This document shows positions 39,263 through 40,498 of a stretch of 40,498 nt of DNA, in pieces. Position numbers and translations under genes: made by a program. The notes beneath the pieces were generated by a model. It was given only the letters and a program-made list of their open reading frames with translations, was not told where the DNA came from and did no database searches. The stretch comes from a virus (Duplodnaviria > Heunggongvirae > Uroviricota > Caudoviricetes). Location of the stretch: the IMG/VR virus record IMGVR_UViG_2734482533_000012. One strand, given 5' to 3'. Numbering within the stretch: the first letter of the stretch is position 1; each line of letters starts with the position of its first letter.

Positions 39263-40498
39263 ATGTCTAAATTACCAACAGGTGTCGAGATTCGAGGTAA
39301 ATACATTCGCATCTGGTTCATGTTTCGAGGAAAACGATGTCGGGAAACATTGAAAGGCTGGGAGGTTACTAACAGTAACATTAAAAAAGCCGGGAATTTA
39401 AGAGCGTTGATAGTTCATGAAATCAATTCCGGTGAGTTTGAGTATTTAAGACGTTTTCCCCAGTCCAGCACTGGGGCAAAAATGGTGACAACGAGGGTCA
39501 TAAAAACGTTCGGGGAGCTTTGTGATATCTGGACAAAAATTAAAGAAACAGAGTTAACAACAAACACAATGAAGAAAACGAAATCACAATTAAAAACACT
39601 CAGGATAATAATTTGTGAGAGTACTCCGATATCGCATATTCGTTATAGCGATATCTTAAACTACCGGAATGAACTGCTGCATGGAGAAACGCTTTACCTG
39701 GATAATCCAAGATCCAACAAAAAAGGAAGAACCGTGCGCACAGTTGATAACTATATCGCCCTGCTCTGTTCGTTGTTACGTTTTGCGTATCAGTCGGGAT
39801 TTATATCAACCAAACCATTTGAAGGAGTAAAGAAATTACAGAGAAACAGAATAAAGCCTGACCCGTTATCTAAAACAGAATTCAATGCATTAATGGAAAG
39901 TGAAAAAGGACAGAGCCAGAACTTGTGGAAATTTGCCGTATACTCCGGGCTTCGTCACGGGGAACTGGCTGCTCTGGCGTGGGAGGATGTGGATTTCGAG
40001 AAGGGAGTTGTGAATGTCAGAAGAAACCTGACGATACTGGATATGTTCGGTCCCCCAAAAACAAATGCGGGGATCCGGACGGTAACACTACTGCAGCCTG
40101 CTCTTGAAGCACTGAAGGAGCAATACAAACTGACCGGGCATCATCGCAAAAGCGAAATCACTTTTTATCATCGGGAGTACGGCAGAACCGAAAAGCAAAA
40201 ACTGCATTTTGTTTTCATGCCCAGAGTGTGTAACGGAAAACAGAAACCTTATTACTCGGTAAGCAGTTTGGGTGCGAGATGGAATGCAGCAGTAAAACGT
40301 GCTGGTATTCGCCGCCGTAATCCGTACCATACGCGGCATACTTTTGCCTGCTGGCTGTTGACGGCAGGAGCGAACCCGGCGTTTATAGCCAGCCAGATGG
40401 GGCATGAAACTGCGCAGATGGTGTATGAAATTTACGGTATGTGGATTGATGACATGAACGACGAACAGGTAGCCATGTTGAATGCGCGGTTATCGTAG
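39263..40498 (+). CDS. intR: Tyrosine site-specific integrase (IntR-like)
   Basis: 411 aa, complete with TAG at 40496-40498; C-terminal catalytic region with R..HTRHT..W....G and a Tyr near the C-terminus; last gene before the presumed att site outside the window. Confidence 0.9.
   Translation: MSKLPTGVEIRGKYIRIWFMFRGKRCRETLKGWEVTNSNIKKAGNLRALIVHEINSGEFEYLRRFPQSSTGAKMVTTRVIKTFGELCDIWTKIKETELTTNTMKKTKSQLKTLRIIICESTPISHIRYSDILNYRNELLHGETLYLDNPRSNKKGRTVRTVDNYIALLCSLLRFAYQSGFISTKPFEGVKKLQRNRIKPDPLSKTEFNALMESEKGQSQNLWKFAVYSGLRHGELAALAWEDVDFEKGVVNVRRNLTILDMFGPPKTNAGIRTVTLLQPALEALKEQYKLTGHHRKSEITFYHREYGRTEKQKLHFVFMPRVCNGKQKPYYSVSSLGARWNAAVKRAGIRRRNPYHTRHTFACWLLTAGANPAFIASQMGHETAQMVYEIYGMWIDDMNDEQVAMLNARLS

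Larger units (their letters stand above)
1..40498. mobile_element. Rac-family lambdoid prophage (internal part; both att sites lie outside the window)
   Basis: Contiguous tail, head, packaging, lysis, nin/Q, replication, immunity, recET and integrase modules; gene order matches the E. coli K-12 Rac prophage in reverse orientation, but with the structural genes present. Confidence 0.85.

Noticed and set aside
1-40498. CRISPR arrays
   Set aside because: No regularly spaced direct repeats of 28-37 bp anywhere in the window; the only repeat array (16070-16145) is short-period and lies within the terS coding sequence.

Overview
The window is almost entirely one lambdoid prophage of the Rac family from an Escherichia/Shigella-type genome, with both ends running past the window. 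Identification rests on reading the supplied translations and recognising them from memory; no database search was run. Coordinates 1-21150 (minus strand) hold the late region: a lambda-type tail module (J start, I, K, L, M, tape measure, G/G-T chaperone, major tail), an SPP1-like head module (capsid, scaffold, Mu-F-like protein, portal, large and small terminase), a ParB-like/GT-A-like gene pair, trkG, and a phage-21-type lysis cassette (pinholin, SAR endolysin, Rz/Rz1). Coordinates 21343-29934 hold accessory and nin-region genes plus a putative Q antiterminator, and 29957-40498 hold the Rac early region (ydaV/U/T/S, racR, ydaF/G, sieB, kilR, ydaE, racC, recE, recT, lar, ydaC, xis, intR). A 250-nt N-run at 647-896 is an assembly gap that artificially fuses tail genes K and I. 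The best candidate for an undescribed system is an AT-rich two-gene operon at 26563-28602 with no recognisable phage function. Other items worth follow-up are two tandem lipoproteins whose C-termini closely resemble TolA domain III, the ParB-like/GT-A-like pair beside the terminase, a YeaR-like moron, and small ORFs in the AT-rich island.
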